A stretch of 64,000 nucleotides of DNA from a bacterium (lineage in GTDB: Bacteria; Hinthialibacterota; Hinthialibacteria; Hinthialibacterales; Hinthialibacteraceae). The stretch covers positions 1,248,001-1,312,000 of the forward strand of contig CAXXMV010000006.1 of the NCBI GenBank assembly GCA_963662285.2. The letters are read 5' to 3'. The stretch's first letter is position 1; each line of letters starts with the position of its first letter. The position numbers and the translations under genes were made by a program. Below the pieces are notes generated by a model. The model ran no database searches, was not told where the DNA came from, and saw nothing but the letters and a program-made list of their open reading frames with translations. Of this stretch, positions 29,222-39,455 are shown piece by piece.

Positions 29222-29377
29222 ATAATGGCTAATCGATTCGGTGGGTAAAAAAGCGCGACACACCCTACGGATATGAAAACTCACAATCGTATGTGATTGA
29301 ATCAAGGGATGACCGCATTGCAGTCTTGCCCTTGGCGCCCGCTAATCGATTCGGTGGGTCAAAAAGCGGGACCCACC
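29222..29377. repeat. REP cluster: right copy of the 49-bp repeat, a 40-bp palindrome and a partial third copy
   Basis: 29222-29270, 29301-29340 and 29341-29377. Confidence 0.85.
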
Positions 29378-29397
29378 ATGCTTTATCTATTGACATT

Positions 29398-31398
29398 TCA
29401 AAAACATCTCTTGAGAAATTCGACAACTTGTTCGGCTCGTTGCTCGACTTTGGCTGTATCAGCTTGCAGGGTTTTGATGAATTCGTTGGTTTCAAAGTCA
29501 CCGCGTACTAAATCAAAATCCAGTTGGCGGTCTTGATCATCTCCATCAGCGCCGAAGCCGATTTGGGATGTTGCGTCAAATTCTTTACGGGAATCTTTTT
29601 CAACCATTTCGCGCAAACGGGCGCAACTGTTCTTCCACTCGGCGATCATGTGTCCCAGGTTATTAAGAGTAATTTCCTGACAAATTGTTCCTAATCTTTG
29701 CTCGATCAGCGAGCAGCACCAGGCCCATTTATCCGCTTCATATTCGCTATGGAGTTTATTGAACTTTTGCTGGATATCCTGGATATTTTTAATTTCTCCA
29801 GATTCGATGGATTGAATAATCTCTTCCACCTTAGGCGCTGGAGCAAGCAAACCGGAGAGGTCGCGCCAGTCGTATAGTTCACTGTTTTCGGTTGGTTTGA
29901 AGATAGACAGTACATCCTCAAACGACGCGTCCTGGTTTAACTGTTCGATCTGATCGACCAGACAGTCTCCGATGAAGATGCGAATAGCCATTTCGTAGTT
30001 GTCGCAGCTGTAATCGATGCGGAAACGGTTGATAACTATTCCCTTATATTTAACATATTCATCCTGATGAGAATCTACGCCGCTCATGGCGCGCAGTTCT
30101 TCAATGCCCTTGATCATTCTTCCTATAGTATATGGTGAGAGCAAATCGAAATTGATCAGGTCAAGCAGATCGGGGTCTTTTCTTCTGTCGCGTTTAGGCC
30201 ATTTCTTGCTGTCACGCATGGTTCCGGCGGTCAGCAGGTTGCGGGAAGGCAGTAGGACGCTTTTTCCCTTATCTTCAAAGAGGTATGAAAAAGGCAGGTT
30301 TGATGAGTCGAACCTGGAATAATGCTTCCCGATTACCACAGTGAACGGACCCGTCTTGCTGGGCCAAAGCAGGTATGAAGAAGAACCCGTCTTGGAACCC
30401 CGTTCCAGGATGCCTTGATGCACCGGTCCCAGTTTATACATGTGGTTGCTCTGATTGGTGCTGCTTCCGGCGTTGAAGAAAGAGTACAGACCGGCGATCA
30501 GCAGCGTCGATTTATGATGCGTCACGGTATAGGGACCGGCGAAGATGGAGCATGCTTCGCCATGATACGCTTCGGAATTGGCGAAGAAGACAGAATTATC
30601 GGCGGAGAACTGTTTACCGATTTTAACGCCCTGGCCGAGGAAGCAATCAGATAAGGTTGAGTGGTCGTCAACGCTTGAACCGGATAGAATGATGAAATTT
30701 TTGGCTACAACTCCATCTCCGATAGTCGTCGGGTCTTCCTGGCAGCTGTTAATTGTTCCATTTTCTAAACGGGTTGCGCCTGATATGTAAGAGTAGTCCG
30801 CGAAATTGACGTTCTGGATTGTTTTACAGTTGGCGATGGTGCAGCGCTGGCCGATTGTCCCGATATCGGATGTTTTGGAATCGGCGTAATAATTGATCAG
30901 GCGATTCAACTCTTTTATCAGTTTTGGTTTATGACGATACAAGACCATCATATACGCAATTTGAGAAGAGAGGCGGTCAAAAATTGTTAAGGTTCGGCCA
31001 CCCCCTTCGTTCAATGCTTCCACTGGATTGCCATTGCCGAAGCTGGAGGTTCCATCAACTATAAGAGTAACCACATTTTCGATTATGGCGTTGCAATGAA
31101 CGTGATAATTGGCGATGGACCGGACATTGTCCAAATATACGTCATCATCAATAGTGCAGTTGTGAATCCTGCTATCGTATAATCCACAGGGCAGCGTCAT
31201 GCCTCCCGGCAGTTTGATATGTCCGGTGAAGGCGCCGACAAGAATGGCTCCGCTGAAATGGATGTTACGGAACCTTGCCGGATCGAAGGGGTCGGATATT
31301 TGGACATTATTCCAGTCACTGCTCGTACAGCCTTTGGCGAGCAGTGACTGGATCTCGGATTCATTGAGCATTCTGTGTTTCATATCGCAATGATCCAT
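29398..31398 (-). CDS. DUF4954 family protein (left-handed beta-helix)
   Basis: LNEGGGR, HGEACSIFAGPYTVTHHKSTLLIAG and NQSNHMYKLGPVHQG motifs; directly downstream of nagB. Confidence 0.85.
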   Translation of the reverse strand: MDHCDMKHRMLNESEIQSLLAKGCTSSDWNNVQISDPFDPARFRNIHFSGAILVGAFTGHIKLPGGMTLPCGLYDSRIHNCTIDDDVYLDNVRSIANYHVHCNAIIENVVTLIVDGTSSFGNGNPVEALNEGGGRTLTIFDRLSSQIAYMMVLYRHKPKLIKELNRLINYYADSKTSDIGTIGQRCTIANCKTIQNVNFADYSYISGATRLENGTINSCQEDPTTIGDGVVAKNFIILSGSSVDDHSTLSDCFLGQGVKIGKQFSADNSVFFANSEAYHGEACSIFAGPYTVTHHKSTLLIAGLYSFFNAGSSTNQSNHMYKLGPVHQGILERGSKTGSSSYLLWPSKTGPFTVVIGKHYSRFDSSNLPFSYLFEDKGKSVLLPSRNLLTAGTMRDSKKWPKRDRRKDPDLLDLINFDLLSPYTIGRMIKGIEELRAMSGVDSHQDEYVKYKGIVINRFRIDYSCDNYEMAIRIFIGDCLVDQIEQLNQDASFEDVLSIFKPTENSELYDWRDLSGLLAPAPKVEEIIQSIESGEIKNIQDIQQKFNKLHSEYEADKWAWCCSLIEQRLGTICQEITLNNLGHMIAEWKNSCARLREMVEKDSRKEFDATSQIGFGADGDDQDRQLDFDLVRGDFETNEFIKTLQADTAKVEQRAEQVVEFLKRCF

Positions 31399-31414
31399 TT
31401 CTATAATTATTTTA

Positions 31415-32221
31415 TCATAGTTGAGGTAATGCCAGGTTGTCTTGCTCGATGCCTTTGAAATACTTAACTGTTCCCACTTTCAATTCCATGGTGGCTTCTT
31501 CATCGCATACGATTATGGCATGGGGATGAGTTTGCAGCATTGATACTGTCCACATGTGATTGACGCCTTCTTCAACCACTTTTTGCAGGGCGCGGGCTTT
31601 CTTATATCCATTAACGATGATCAGTACTTCCTTGGAATCCATAACTGTTCCAACTCCAACGGTCAATGCTTGAGTGGGAACCTGATTGACGTCATTATCA
31701 AAGAAGCGTGAATTGGCCAGTATGGTGTCATAAGTCAGAGATTTGATTCTTGTGCGGGAAGTCAATGATGAGCCGGGTTCGTTAAAAGCGATATGTCCAT
31801 CAGGTCCAATGCCGCCCATGAAGAAATCTATTCCTCCAGCAGCCTTGATTCTCTCTTCGTATTCGATGCATTCTTTTTTCAGATCAGCGGCATTGCCATT
31901 GAGAATGTTGACGTTCTCTTTGGGGATATCGATGTGAGAGAAAAAGTAATGCCACATAAAGTAATGATAACTCTCGGTATGATCTTCCGGTAAATTTATG
32001 TACTCATCCATATTGAATGTTATTACATTCTTGAATGAAATTTTTCCGGCTTTATTAAGATTAATCAGTTCTTTATACGTCCCAAGCGGTGATGAACCTG
32101 TGGGGAGACCGAGAATATAAGGTTTATCCGGGGTTGGCTGAAAATCGATGATTTTCTTGGCTATGTAATAGGCGTTCCATTTACTTAGTGATTCATATTC
32201 TTCGTGGATAACGATTCTCAT
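31415..32221 (-). CDS. nagB: Glucosamine-6-phosphate deaminase
   Basis: [33 protein letters not shown] and ALTVGVGT motifs. Start at MRIVI with SD GGAGG. Confidence 0.95.
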   Translation of the reverse strand: MRIVIHEEYESLSKWNAYYIAKKIIDFQPTPDKPYILGLPTGSSPLGTYKELINLNKAGKISFKNVITFNMDEYINLPEDHTESYHYFMWHYFFSHIDIPKENVNILNGNAADLKKECIEYEERIKAAGGIDFFMGGIGPDGHIAFNEPGSSLTSRTRIKSLTYDTILANSRFFDNDVNQVPTQALTVGVGTVMDSKEVLIIVNGYKKARALQKVVEEGVNHMWTVSMLQTHPHAIIVCDEEATMELKVGTVKYFKGIEQDNLALPQL

Positions 32222-32508
32222 TTTTAAATCCTCCGCTGAAATGATTGAAATTATTGTTATAAAGCTGCTTTTTTTGAGAAATAGCAATTAACTGAAAATA
32301 TCACTGTATGCTCCTATGTCTAGAGAACTTGTACCTAAAAGTGTAATTTCTGTTCGCGATTACATTAAATAATAGCCGCATAGAATTATCCTATATTTCA
32401 TTCAATATGATTATTTCACTCTTGTTCTCTATACAATGATAACGATAATAGACCAACTGGAGGATAGCCCTCTATATTTTTATACTGAACAGAAATGAAC
32501 TGAGAAAA

Positions 32509-33720
32509 ATGAGTAACTCGATAAGATATTTAGCGGTTTTACTTTTGCTGAGTCTCAGTTGCTTTGCTGACCCGGTTACGGAGTTATTCGTAGAAAAAAT
32601 CATTGATGATGACATCTCCGGCGCTTATCAGACCGCTATTGCCGATATCAATAACGATGGTTTGTTCGATATCGCTGTTCTGGGAGAAGGAGAATCGGGC
32701 GTTTATTGGTATGAGAATCCCTCATGGCGCAAGCGGCCGATTTGTATAAACGGTCTGACCCGGCATATCGATTTCGACTTTTACGACCTGGATAATGATG
32801 GAGAACTGGAACTGGCTCTGGCTTCTGATTTTAACCTTGGTAATACAAAAAGCGGGGGAACCATATCTTGGTTGGATCGAACCAATGATATAAATCAGCC
32901 CTGGGAATCCCATCATATTCACTCTGAACCGACCATCCACCGTGTGCGCTGGGCTGATTTGGATGGCGATGGTCAACCAGAACTTATCGCCGCGCCCATT
33001 GCCGGGGTTGGATCTTCTGGCCCGTCATTTAATCAAACTCCGGTTCGACTATTATCTTTTAGTATTCCTCCTGATCCCAAGACCGATAAATGGAAATATG
33101 AGGTAATAGATGATTCGCTTCATCTATTGCATGGGTTATATATAGAAAAACAAACTTCAGCTGATATTGCTTATACCGCCAGCCTGGAAGGCGTAATGAG
33201 TTTTCAGCGAACTTATCCAAACAGGAAGCCTGTTTGGACAAAGATAAAACATTGCAACGGCGCAACAGAGCAGGGAACGCTTTCTGGCAGCAGTGAAGTT
33301 GTCCTTGGGAAAATGCGTAATGGAAATAAGTTTATGGCGACGATTGATCCCTGGCATGGCAATATGGTTGCAGTATATTCACCTATGATTACCAATGCGA
33401 CTGTTGCTGTTCAACGCCGGGTGATTGATGATTCGTTGGTGGTCGGTCATGCCTTGGCTTGCGCTGATTTCGATAAAGACGGCGATGATGAAATAATCGC
33501 CGGATACCGCGGCTCAGGGCATACTATATATTATTATGATTTTATTGCATCATCCAATGAATGGAAACGAATAGAAATAGATAAGGCGGTTGCGGCGCAG
33601 GGATTCGCGGTAGGGGATGTGAATCGCGATGGTTTTCTTGATTTTGTCGCTGCTGGCGGGCAGACGCATAACTTAAAATTGTTCTCTGGAACTGGCGCAA
33701 ACCGGGAATTTTTGAAATAA
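32509..33720 (+). CDS. Secreted FG-GAP/VCBS beta-propeller, aldos-2-ulose dehydratase-like
   Basis: DINNDG, DLDNDG, DLDGDG and DFDKDG repeats; HRVRWAD, HLLHG and PWHGNMVAVY His motifs. Confidence 0.7.
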   Translation: MSNSIRYLAVLLLLSLSCFADPVTELFVEKIIDDDISGAYQTAIADINNDGLFDIAVLGEGESGVYWYENPSWRKRPICINGLTRHIDFDFYDLDNDGELELALASDFNLGNTKSGGTISWLDRTNDINQPWESHHIHSEPTIHRVRWADLDGDGQPELIAAPIAGVGSSGPSFNQTPVRLLSFSIPPDPKTDKWKYEVIDDSLHLLHGLYIEKQTSADIAYTASLEGVMSFQRTYPNRKPVWTKIKHCNGATEQGTLSGSSEVVLGKMRNGNKFMATIDPWHGNMVAVYSPMITNATVAVQRRVIDDSLVVGHALACADFDKDGDDEIIAGYRGSGHTIYYYDFIASSNEWKRIEIDKAVAAQGFAVGDVNRDGFLDFVAAGGQTHNLKLFSGTGANREFLK

Positions 33721-33796
33721 TCTCAATATACCATATCATCTATTGTATATGGTGGTCCACTTGGCTTAAACCTATTTACTGGAAGGATGAATTAAT

Positions 33797-36700
33797 ATGA
33801 AACGTTTTGCTTGTATTCTTGTATTATTTGCTTTACCTATCTTTGCTTTATCAACCTATTCTGAGACATGGGAAACTTTCCCTCTGCGCGACAATGGATC
33901 GATTCCGATATGGCAAGTCGCCGGGCCATTGCCATATACGCCGGTATATCATAATGATGAGAAGAGCATCGGTTTCTATGTCGATTTTCTTTATAAGCAG
34001 GGCGGCGAGACGGAATATGTTCCTTCTGAAGGCGATAAATTTGAATACGAGCCGGGTAAAACAGTCGCCTGGAAGACCGGAGTAAGCGACGAAGCCGGGC
34101 TGCTGGATTACCTTAATATTCTTGAATCAACCTGGTTGACCCAAGGCGTGGTTTACTCTTTTTGTGAACTGGTCGCCGATGAATCCAAAGAGGTTTTGCT
34201 CAAAGTGCGCAGCAATGACGGGGTGCGCGTGTGGGTTAACGATAAACTGGTTCATAGCAATCATGCTGGAAGAAAAATAGAACAGGAAGTCGATTTAGTT
34301 AAGGTTACGTTGAAAAAGGGACGTAACCGGCTGCTGGGTAAAGTTGACCAGATGGGCGGCGGCTGGGGATTGCTGATAACAGTATTCGAAGCCAATGGCG
34401 ATCCGGTTCAAGGCGTTGCATCCGGCGTTCATACCGACAACGCCTTCAAGAATAAGATTAAATCTGTTGATTTTACATCCTCGTCTTTGGTGTTGAAAAC
34501 TCCTGAGGGCGAGAGACAATTGATAACCGCCAGTCTTGAGTCAGGCGGGTTGCTCAATGCCACATGTCGGTTTACCTCAAAAAGTTGGGATAAAAGTTAT
34601 GAATTTCCTTTGGGTGATATTCCTCTGGGAACGCACCGTTTTGAGTTTAAGATTCCATCTACCTCTGAACCGGTTGATGTTTTGTTCACTACATCCACCG
34701 ATAGCAAAGAGCAAAAAGGTTTAATCATCCAATCTCCCAAAAAATGGATGATCTATCTTCTACAACATACTCATACAGATATCGGGTATACCCGCCCACA
34801 GACCGAAATTCTTCCGGCGCATCTTCAGTATATTGATTATGCGCTGGATTTTTGCGATTTAACTGATGATTATCCTGATGACGCCAAATTCCGTTGGACC
34901 TGTGAAATCAGTTGGGTGGTGCGGGAATATTTGAATCGACGTCCTCCTGAGCAGATCGCACGATTGAAAAAGCGCGTCGCCGAGGGTCGCATCGAAATCG
35001 CGGGCATGTTTCTTAATATGGCTGAAATCGCTGATGAGAGTTCATTGGCTTCTTCACTTCAGTCGCTACGTTCGATCAACCAGCAATTAGGTGTTCCGGT
35101 TCGAACCACGATGCAGAACGACGTCAATGGCGCCGGTTGGTGTCTGGTGGATTATTTTGAAGATATCGGAATTGAATATCTGACCATGGGAATCAATAAG
35201 ACGCGCTCGCTGCTGCCTTTTGACCGTCCGACCTGTTTCTGGTGGGAGTCTCCCTCCGGCAGCCGGGTGATGGTGCATCGCTCCGACCATTACCATACTG
35301 GAAACATGTGGAAAATCCACAGCGGCGAAATGGCGCCATTCAAAACAGGCTTGTTGGGTTATCTGAAATTCCTTGATGAACAAGAATATCCCTTTGACCG
35401 CATCGCCGTCAAATTTTCCGGTTACCATACTGATAACTCTCCGCCATCCACCATTGCATGTGATGTAGTAAAACAATGGAATGATACCTATGCCTGGCCT
35501 AAACTGCGCTTGTCTACGGCTCATGAATTTCTTGATTATGTTAAAGAGAATCATGGCGACGAACTGGCGGTTCATAAGCAATCCTGGCCGGATTGGTGGA
35601 CAGATGGATTCGGTTCTGCGGCGCGTGAAACGGGCGCTTCGCGCGATACGCATGTCGCCATGCAGGTCAATCAGACTCTGCTAGCTATGTCTGCTATGCT
35701 GGGCGCTGACATTAAGCCTGATGTAATGCAAAGAGTGGATAGCGTTCACGAACAACTCTTGTTTTATGATGAGCACACCTATGGCGCCGCCGAGAGCGTC
35801 AGCGATACTATGGCCGAAAATACTATGGTTCAGTGGGGTGAGAAAGCTTCTTATGTGTGGAATGGAGTGAAGCAGGCAGGCATGTTGCGCGAAGAAGCCC
35901 TTGGTCTGTTACAGGGTACTGTGCCGCGCGGCGACGATCCAACTATTGCAGTATTTAATACGCTTAATTGGAAGCGGTCGGGTGAGGTAAAAGTATTTAT
36001 TGATCATGAAATTCTGGCGACGGATGGCAAACGTTGCATTGTGAATCCCGTCACAGGTAAAGTAGTTCCGGCGCAGTTGCTCAGCAACAGGGCTGAAGGT
36101 TCTTATTGGGCGTTGTGGGCCGATGATGTGCCTGCATTGGGTTACAAAATCTTTAATATCGAACCCAGGAAAGAAGCCATTGAGCAAAAAGAGAATCCGA
36201 CGGATGTCACTATTCTGGAAAACGATTTTTACCGTATATTAATTGATAAGCAGACCGGCGCTATAACCAGTCTGGTTGATAAACAGAGCAAAACCGAATT
36301 GTGCGACGATAGTTGCCAGTGGGACCTGGGGCAGTTTATTTATGAAAAACTGATATCCTCCGCAACCGTACCCGGCAGCCGTGAATTACGTAAAGGCGCT
36401 TTTGAACGTTCATCATTACGAGATGTGAAGATCCAAAGCGGCAATAATGGACAGATCTGGCGAAGCGTCGTTATTTCCGGCGAAGCTGATGGTTGCGCCG
36501 TTCCTGGTGGAGTGCATTGTGAAATCCGCTTGTATGATACTGAAAAGCGCATCGAATTTCTTTACGCCATCCGCAAGAATCCTATTACAGACCCTGAAGC
36601 TGTCTATGTGGCGTTTCCGTTTAACCTGGAAGATGGAAAATTTACTTATGAAGGACAAGGCGGCGTTGTGCGTCCCGGTATAGATCAGATTCCACGTTCT

Positions 36701-37309
36701 TCTTCTGATTGGCAGACTGTGCAGAATTTCCTGACGCTTAAGAATGATAACCAACAGGTTATCCTGGTGTGCGATCAGGCGCCTCTGGTGCAGTTTGGCG
36801 ATATCAACCTGGGTAAGTGGCAGGAGACTCTTAAAGTTGATAATACTTATGTCTATTCTTGGGTAATGAATAATTATTGGTTCACCAATTTCCGCGCCAG
36901 CCAGGAGGGTGAATTCAAGTGGCGTTATTCGCTTACTTCCACCGAAGATAACCGCATGAAGACTGCGTCACGTTTTGGTTGGGGATCGCGCGTCCCGATG
37001 GTCGCCCGCCCATTACCGCCGGTTAAAGATGCGTCAAGCAAACAGCCAGCGGCATTATCGGCTTTGGATATTGATTCGGAAAACCTGCTGTTGGTTGAGG
37101 CTCACCCGTCGCGTTATGGTGATGGCGTTATTCTTCATTTACGCGAAGTAGAGGGCAAAGAACAGTCCATTCCTATCAATGATCTTTCTGAATTGCAAAA
37201 GATTCGCCGGGTGGACGAGGTCAACGTTATTGAAGAAGTAATTGAGAAAAGGTTAAAAAAACTTACATTCAAACCTTATGAAGCTAAGTTTGTGAAACTT
37301 ACTTTCTGA
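33797..37309 (+). CDS. GH38 (alpha-mannosidase-like) glycoside hydrolase with N-terminal PA14-like domain
   Basis: HTHTDIGYT, FRWTCE, QNDVNG, YDEHTYG and MNNYWFTNF motifs; SNDGVRVWVND in the N-domain. Confidence 0.85.
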   Translation: MKRFACILVLFALPIFALSTYSETWETFPLRDNGSIPIWQVAGPLPYTPVYHNDEKSIGFYVDFLYKQGGETEYVPSEGDKFEYEPGKTVAWKTGVSDEAGLLDYLNILESTWLTQGVVYSFCELVADESKEVLLKVRSNDGVRVWVNDKLVHSNHAGRKIEQEVDLVKVTLKKGRNRLLGKVDQMGGGWGLLITVFEANGDPVQGVASGVHTDNAFKNKIKSVDFTSSSLVLKTPEGERQLITASLESGGLLNATCRFTSKSWDKSYEFPLGDIPLGTHRFEFKIPSTSEPVDVLFTTSTDSKEQKGLIIQSPKKWMIYLLQHTHTDIGYTRPQTEILPAHLQYIDYALDFCDLTDDYPDDAKFRWTCEISWVVREYLNRRPPEQIARLKKRVAEGRIEIAGMFLNMAEIADESSLASSLQSLRSINQQLGVPVRTTMQNDVNGAGWCLVDYFEDIGIEYLTMGINKTRSLLPFDRPTCFWWESPSGSRVMVHRSDHYHTGNMWKIHSGEMAPFKTGLLGYLKFLDEQEYPFDRIAVKFSGYHTDNSPPSTIACDVVKQWNDTYAWPKLRLSTAHEFLDYVKENHGDELAVHKQSWPDWWTDGFGSAARETGASRDTHVAMQVNQTLLAMSAMLGADIKPDVMQRVDSVHEQLLFYDEHTYGAAESVSDTMAENTMVQWGEKASYVWNGVKQAGMLREEALGLLQGTVPRGDDPTIAVFNTLNWKRSGEVKVFIDHEILATDGKRCIVNPVTGKVVPAQLLSNRAEGSYWALWADDVPALGYKIFNIEPRKEAIEQKENPTDVTILENDFYRILIDKQTGAITSLVDKQSKTELCDDSCQWDLGQFIYEKLISSATVPGSRELRKGAFERSSLRDVKIQSGNNGQIWRSVVISGEADGCAVPGGVHCEIRLYDTEKRIEFLYAIRKNPITDPEAVYVAFPFNLEDGKFTYEGQGGVVRPGIDQIPRSSSDWQTVQNFLTLKNDNQQVILVCDQAPLVQFGDINLGKWQETLKVDNTYVYSWVMNNYWFTNFRASQEGEFKWRYSLTSTEDNRMKTASRFGWGSRVPMVARPLPPVKDASSKQPAALSALDIDSENLLLVEAHPSRYGDGVILHLREVEGKEQSIPINDLSELQKIRRVDEVNVIEEVIEKRLKKLTFKPYEAKFVKLTF

Positions 37310-37392
37310 TAGGTTCTACATTGCATAAGTATGATTATGGATTAAGAATTATCCGGTTAAACGAATTTATCGTGTAAAGGGAGGATTCTGTC

Positions 37393-38817
37393 ATGGTCAA
37401 CGTCACGCCTGGAGCCAGTCACAGTATTACGATTCGTTTGGAACTTGAAAATGTTCCCGGTCAGTTTGCTAAAGTCGCCTCGGTGGTTGGCGACTTGGGC
37501 GGCAACATGGGAGCGGTTGATATTGTTGGGGTGATGAAGAATATCATTATTCGTGATTTAACAATAGATACGAGTAATGAAGATCATGCGGCGGAGATTG
37601 TAGAAGCGGTCAAGAAGATGAGCGGCATTACAGTGCGCAATGTATCTGACCGCGTATTTCTGCTTCATCTGGGCGGCAAGATCAGCGTGGAGAGTAAAAT
37701 GCCCTTAAACACGCGCGACGCCTTATCAATGGCATATACGCCGGGCGTGGCCCGCGTCTGTATGGCGATTGCGAAAGACCGCAATGCTGTTTATAACCTG
37801 ACCATAAAAAGCAATTCAGTGGCTATCGTCACTGATGGAACCGCTGTTTTGGGATTGGGTGATATCGGTCCCGAAGCGGCCATGCCGGTTATGGAAGGCA
37901 AAGCGATGTTGTTCAAGGAATTCGCCGGAGTGGATGCCTATCCCATCTGTCTTGATACCAAAGACCCCGATGAGATTGTCAGGGTAGTGCAATTAATATC
38001 GCCTGGTTTTGGCGGCATTAACCTTGAAGACATATCCGCTCCGCGCTGTTTTGAAATTGAAAACAGATTAAAAACCTTAGTCGATATACCTGTTTTTCAT
38101 GATGATCAACATGGCACCGCCGTTGTTGTGACTGCGGCTTTGATAAATTCCTTGAAAGTTGTGAACAAGAAGGTAGATGGAATCCGGGTGGTTATACTTG
38201 GCGTCGGAGCGGCTGGAGTCGCCTGCACCAGGATGATGATGAATTTAGGCGTCAAAGATATTGTTGGAATAGATAGTACGGGAATAATTTACTCTGGACG
38301 AACAAAAGGGATGAACCCTATAAAGGAATGGTTCGCGGAGAATACTAATCCTCAAAAAATACAAGGCGATATTTATGATGCTTCCAAAGGCGCCGATGTG
38401 TTTTTAGGATTATCCGGGCCGAACCTGTTTCCGCTGGATGCTTTGAAATCAATGAATATCGATCCCATCGTGTTTGCGTTGGCGAATCCTGATCCGGAAA
38501 TTACTCCTGAGGAAGCTCATGGATTTTGCCGCATCATGGCGACGGGACGGTCTGATTATCCAAATCAGATTAATAATGTTCTATGTTTTCCCGGCATGTT
38601 TCGCGGCGCGTTGAATGTCAGAGCCACTGATATCAATGAAGAAATGAAACTGGCCGCCGCTTATTCTATCGCCAATACAATACCGGATAATGAATTGTCG
38701 GAAGAATACGTTATCCCCAGCGTCTTTGATCGGCGCGTTTTTACCCAAGTCGCCGAATCAGTTTCAAAAGCCGCTATCGAATCCGGCGTCGCGCAGCGTA
38801 AAACGCATGAGAAATAA
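37393..38817 (+). CDS. NAD(P)-dependent malic enzyme with N-terminal ACT domain
   Basis: [38 protein letters not shown] and [13 protein letters not shown] motifs. Confidence 0.95.
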   Translation: MVNVTPGASHSITIRLELENVPGQFAKVASVVGDLGGNMGAVDIVGVMKNIIIRDLTIDTSNEDHAAEIVEAVKKMSGITVRNVSDRVFLLHLGGKISVESKMPLNTRDALSMAYTPGVARVCMAIAKDRNAVYNLTIKSNSVAIVTDGTAVLGLGDIGPEAAMPVMEGKAMLFKEFAGVDAYPICLDTKDPDEIVRVVQLISPGFGGINLEDISAPRCFEIENRLKTLVDIPVFHDDQHGTAVVVTAALINSLKVVNKKVDGIRVVILGVGAAGVACTRMMMNLGVKDIVGIDSTGIIYSGRTKGMNPIKEWFAENTNPQKIQGDIYDASKGADVFLGLSGPNLFPLDALKSMNIDPIVFALANPDPEITPEEAHGFCRIMATGRSDYPNQINNVLCFPGMFRGALNVRATDINEEMKLAAAYSIANTIPDNELSEEYVIPSVFDRRVFTQVAESVSKAAIESGVAQRKTHEK

Positions 38818-38819
38818 TT

Positions 38820-38914
38820 GTAATAGGTTAGCCAATTGAAGTGCGTATCACTCCCCCAGGCTTAGGGGAGGTTAGGTGGGGTTGATTTGTTGAAGCGCAA
38901 CCCCTCTCTAACTC
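38820..38914. repeat. About 95-bp dispersed element, inverted copy at 50374-50469
   Basis: GCCAATTGAAGTGCGT..GGGGAGGTTAGGTGGGGTTGATT.GTTGAA.CGCAACCCC.TCTAACTC matches the reverse complement at 50374-50469. Confidence 0.85.
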
Positions 38915-38960
38915 AAAGGTCAATAAGTTAAGCAATTTTTAGCCTACAATGGGTGGTTTA

Positions 38961-39000
38961 ATCAAGGGTTGACCGCAATGCGGTCTTGCCCTTGCCACCC
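38961..39000. repeat. 40-bp CAAGGG...CCCTTG palindromic repeat copy
   Basis: ATCAAGGGTTGACCGCAATGCGGTCTTGCCCTTGCCACCC. Confidence 0.85.
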
Positions 39001-39029
39001 ATTATGAATAATTATAAGGAGAATTTTGC

Positions 39030-39431
39030 ATGCCTGGTTTTACAGCTGATCATTTTGCTTTCGGCGTTTCTGACCTGGAAGCGTCTATAGAGTTCTACAC
39101 CGAAAAAATCGGACTCAAATTAATGTTCAAAGAAATTGATAAACAACACCATGAAGCGTTCGCTTTTCTGGAACTGAATGGCGGAAACCTGGAATTGTTG
39201 CAATTGTTGGATGATAACAATCAGCCTGTTCCACGAGTTAAACAAGATATTAAAGAGCCGTTTTGTCCTCATTTGGCGATTGGAACCGATGATATGGATG
39301 GGCTGTTATCCGGACTGCATGAGAAGCAAGTCCCGATAATCAAAGGTCCATTGGAAATCACCGGCAAAGTCCGGTGGGTTTACTTCGCTGATCCTGATAA
39401 TAACATACTTGAGTTCGTCGAGTGGCTTTAA
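39030..39431 (+). CDS. VOC/glyoxalase family protein
   Basis: DHFAFGVSDLEASIEFY, LELL, HLAI and YFADPDNNILEFVE motifs. Confidence 0.9.
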   Translation: MPGFTADHFAFGVSDLEASIEFYTEKIGLKLMFKEIDKQHHEAFAFLELNGGNLELLQLLDDNNQPVPRVKQDIKEPFCPHLAIGTDDMDGLLSGLHEKQVPIIKGPLEITGKVRWVYFADPDNNILEFVEWL

Positions 39432-39455
39432 GAATACAACTGAAGGAACTTTTTA

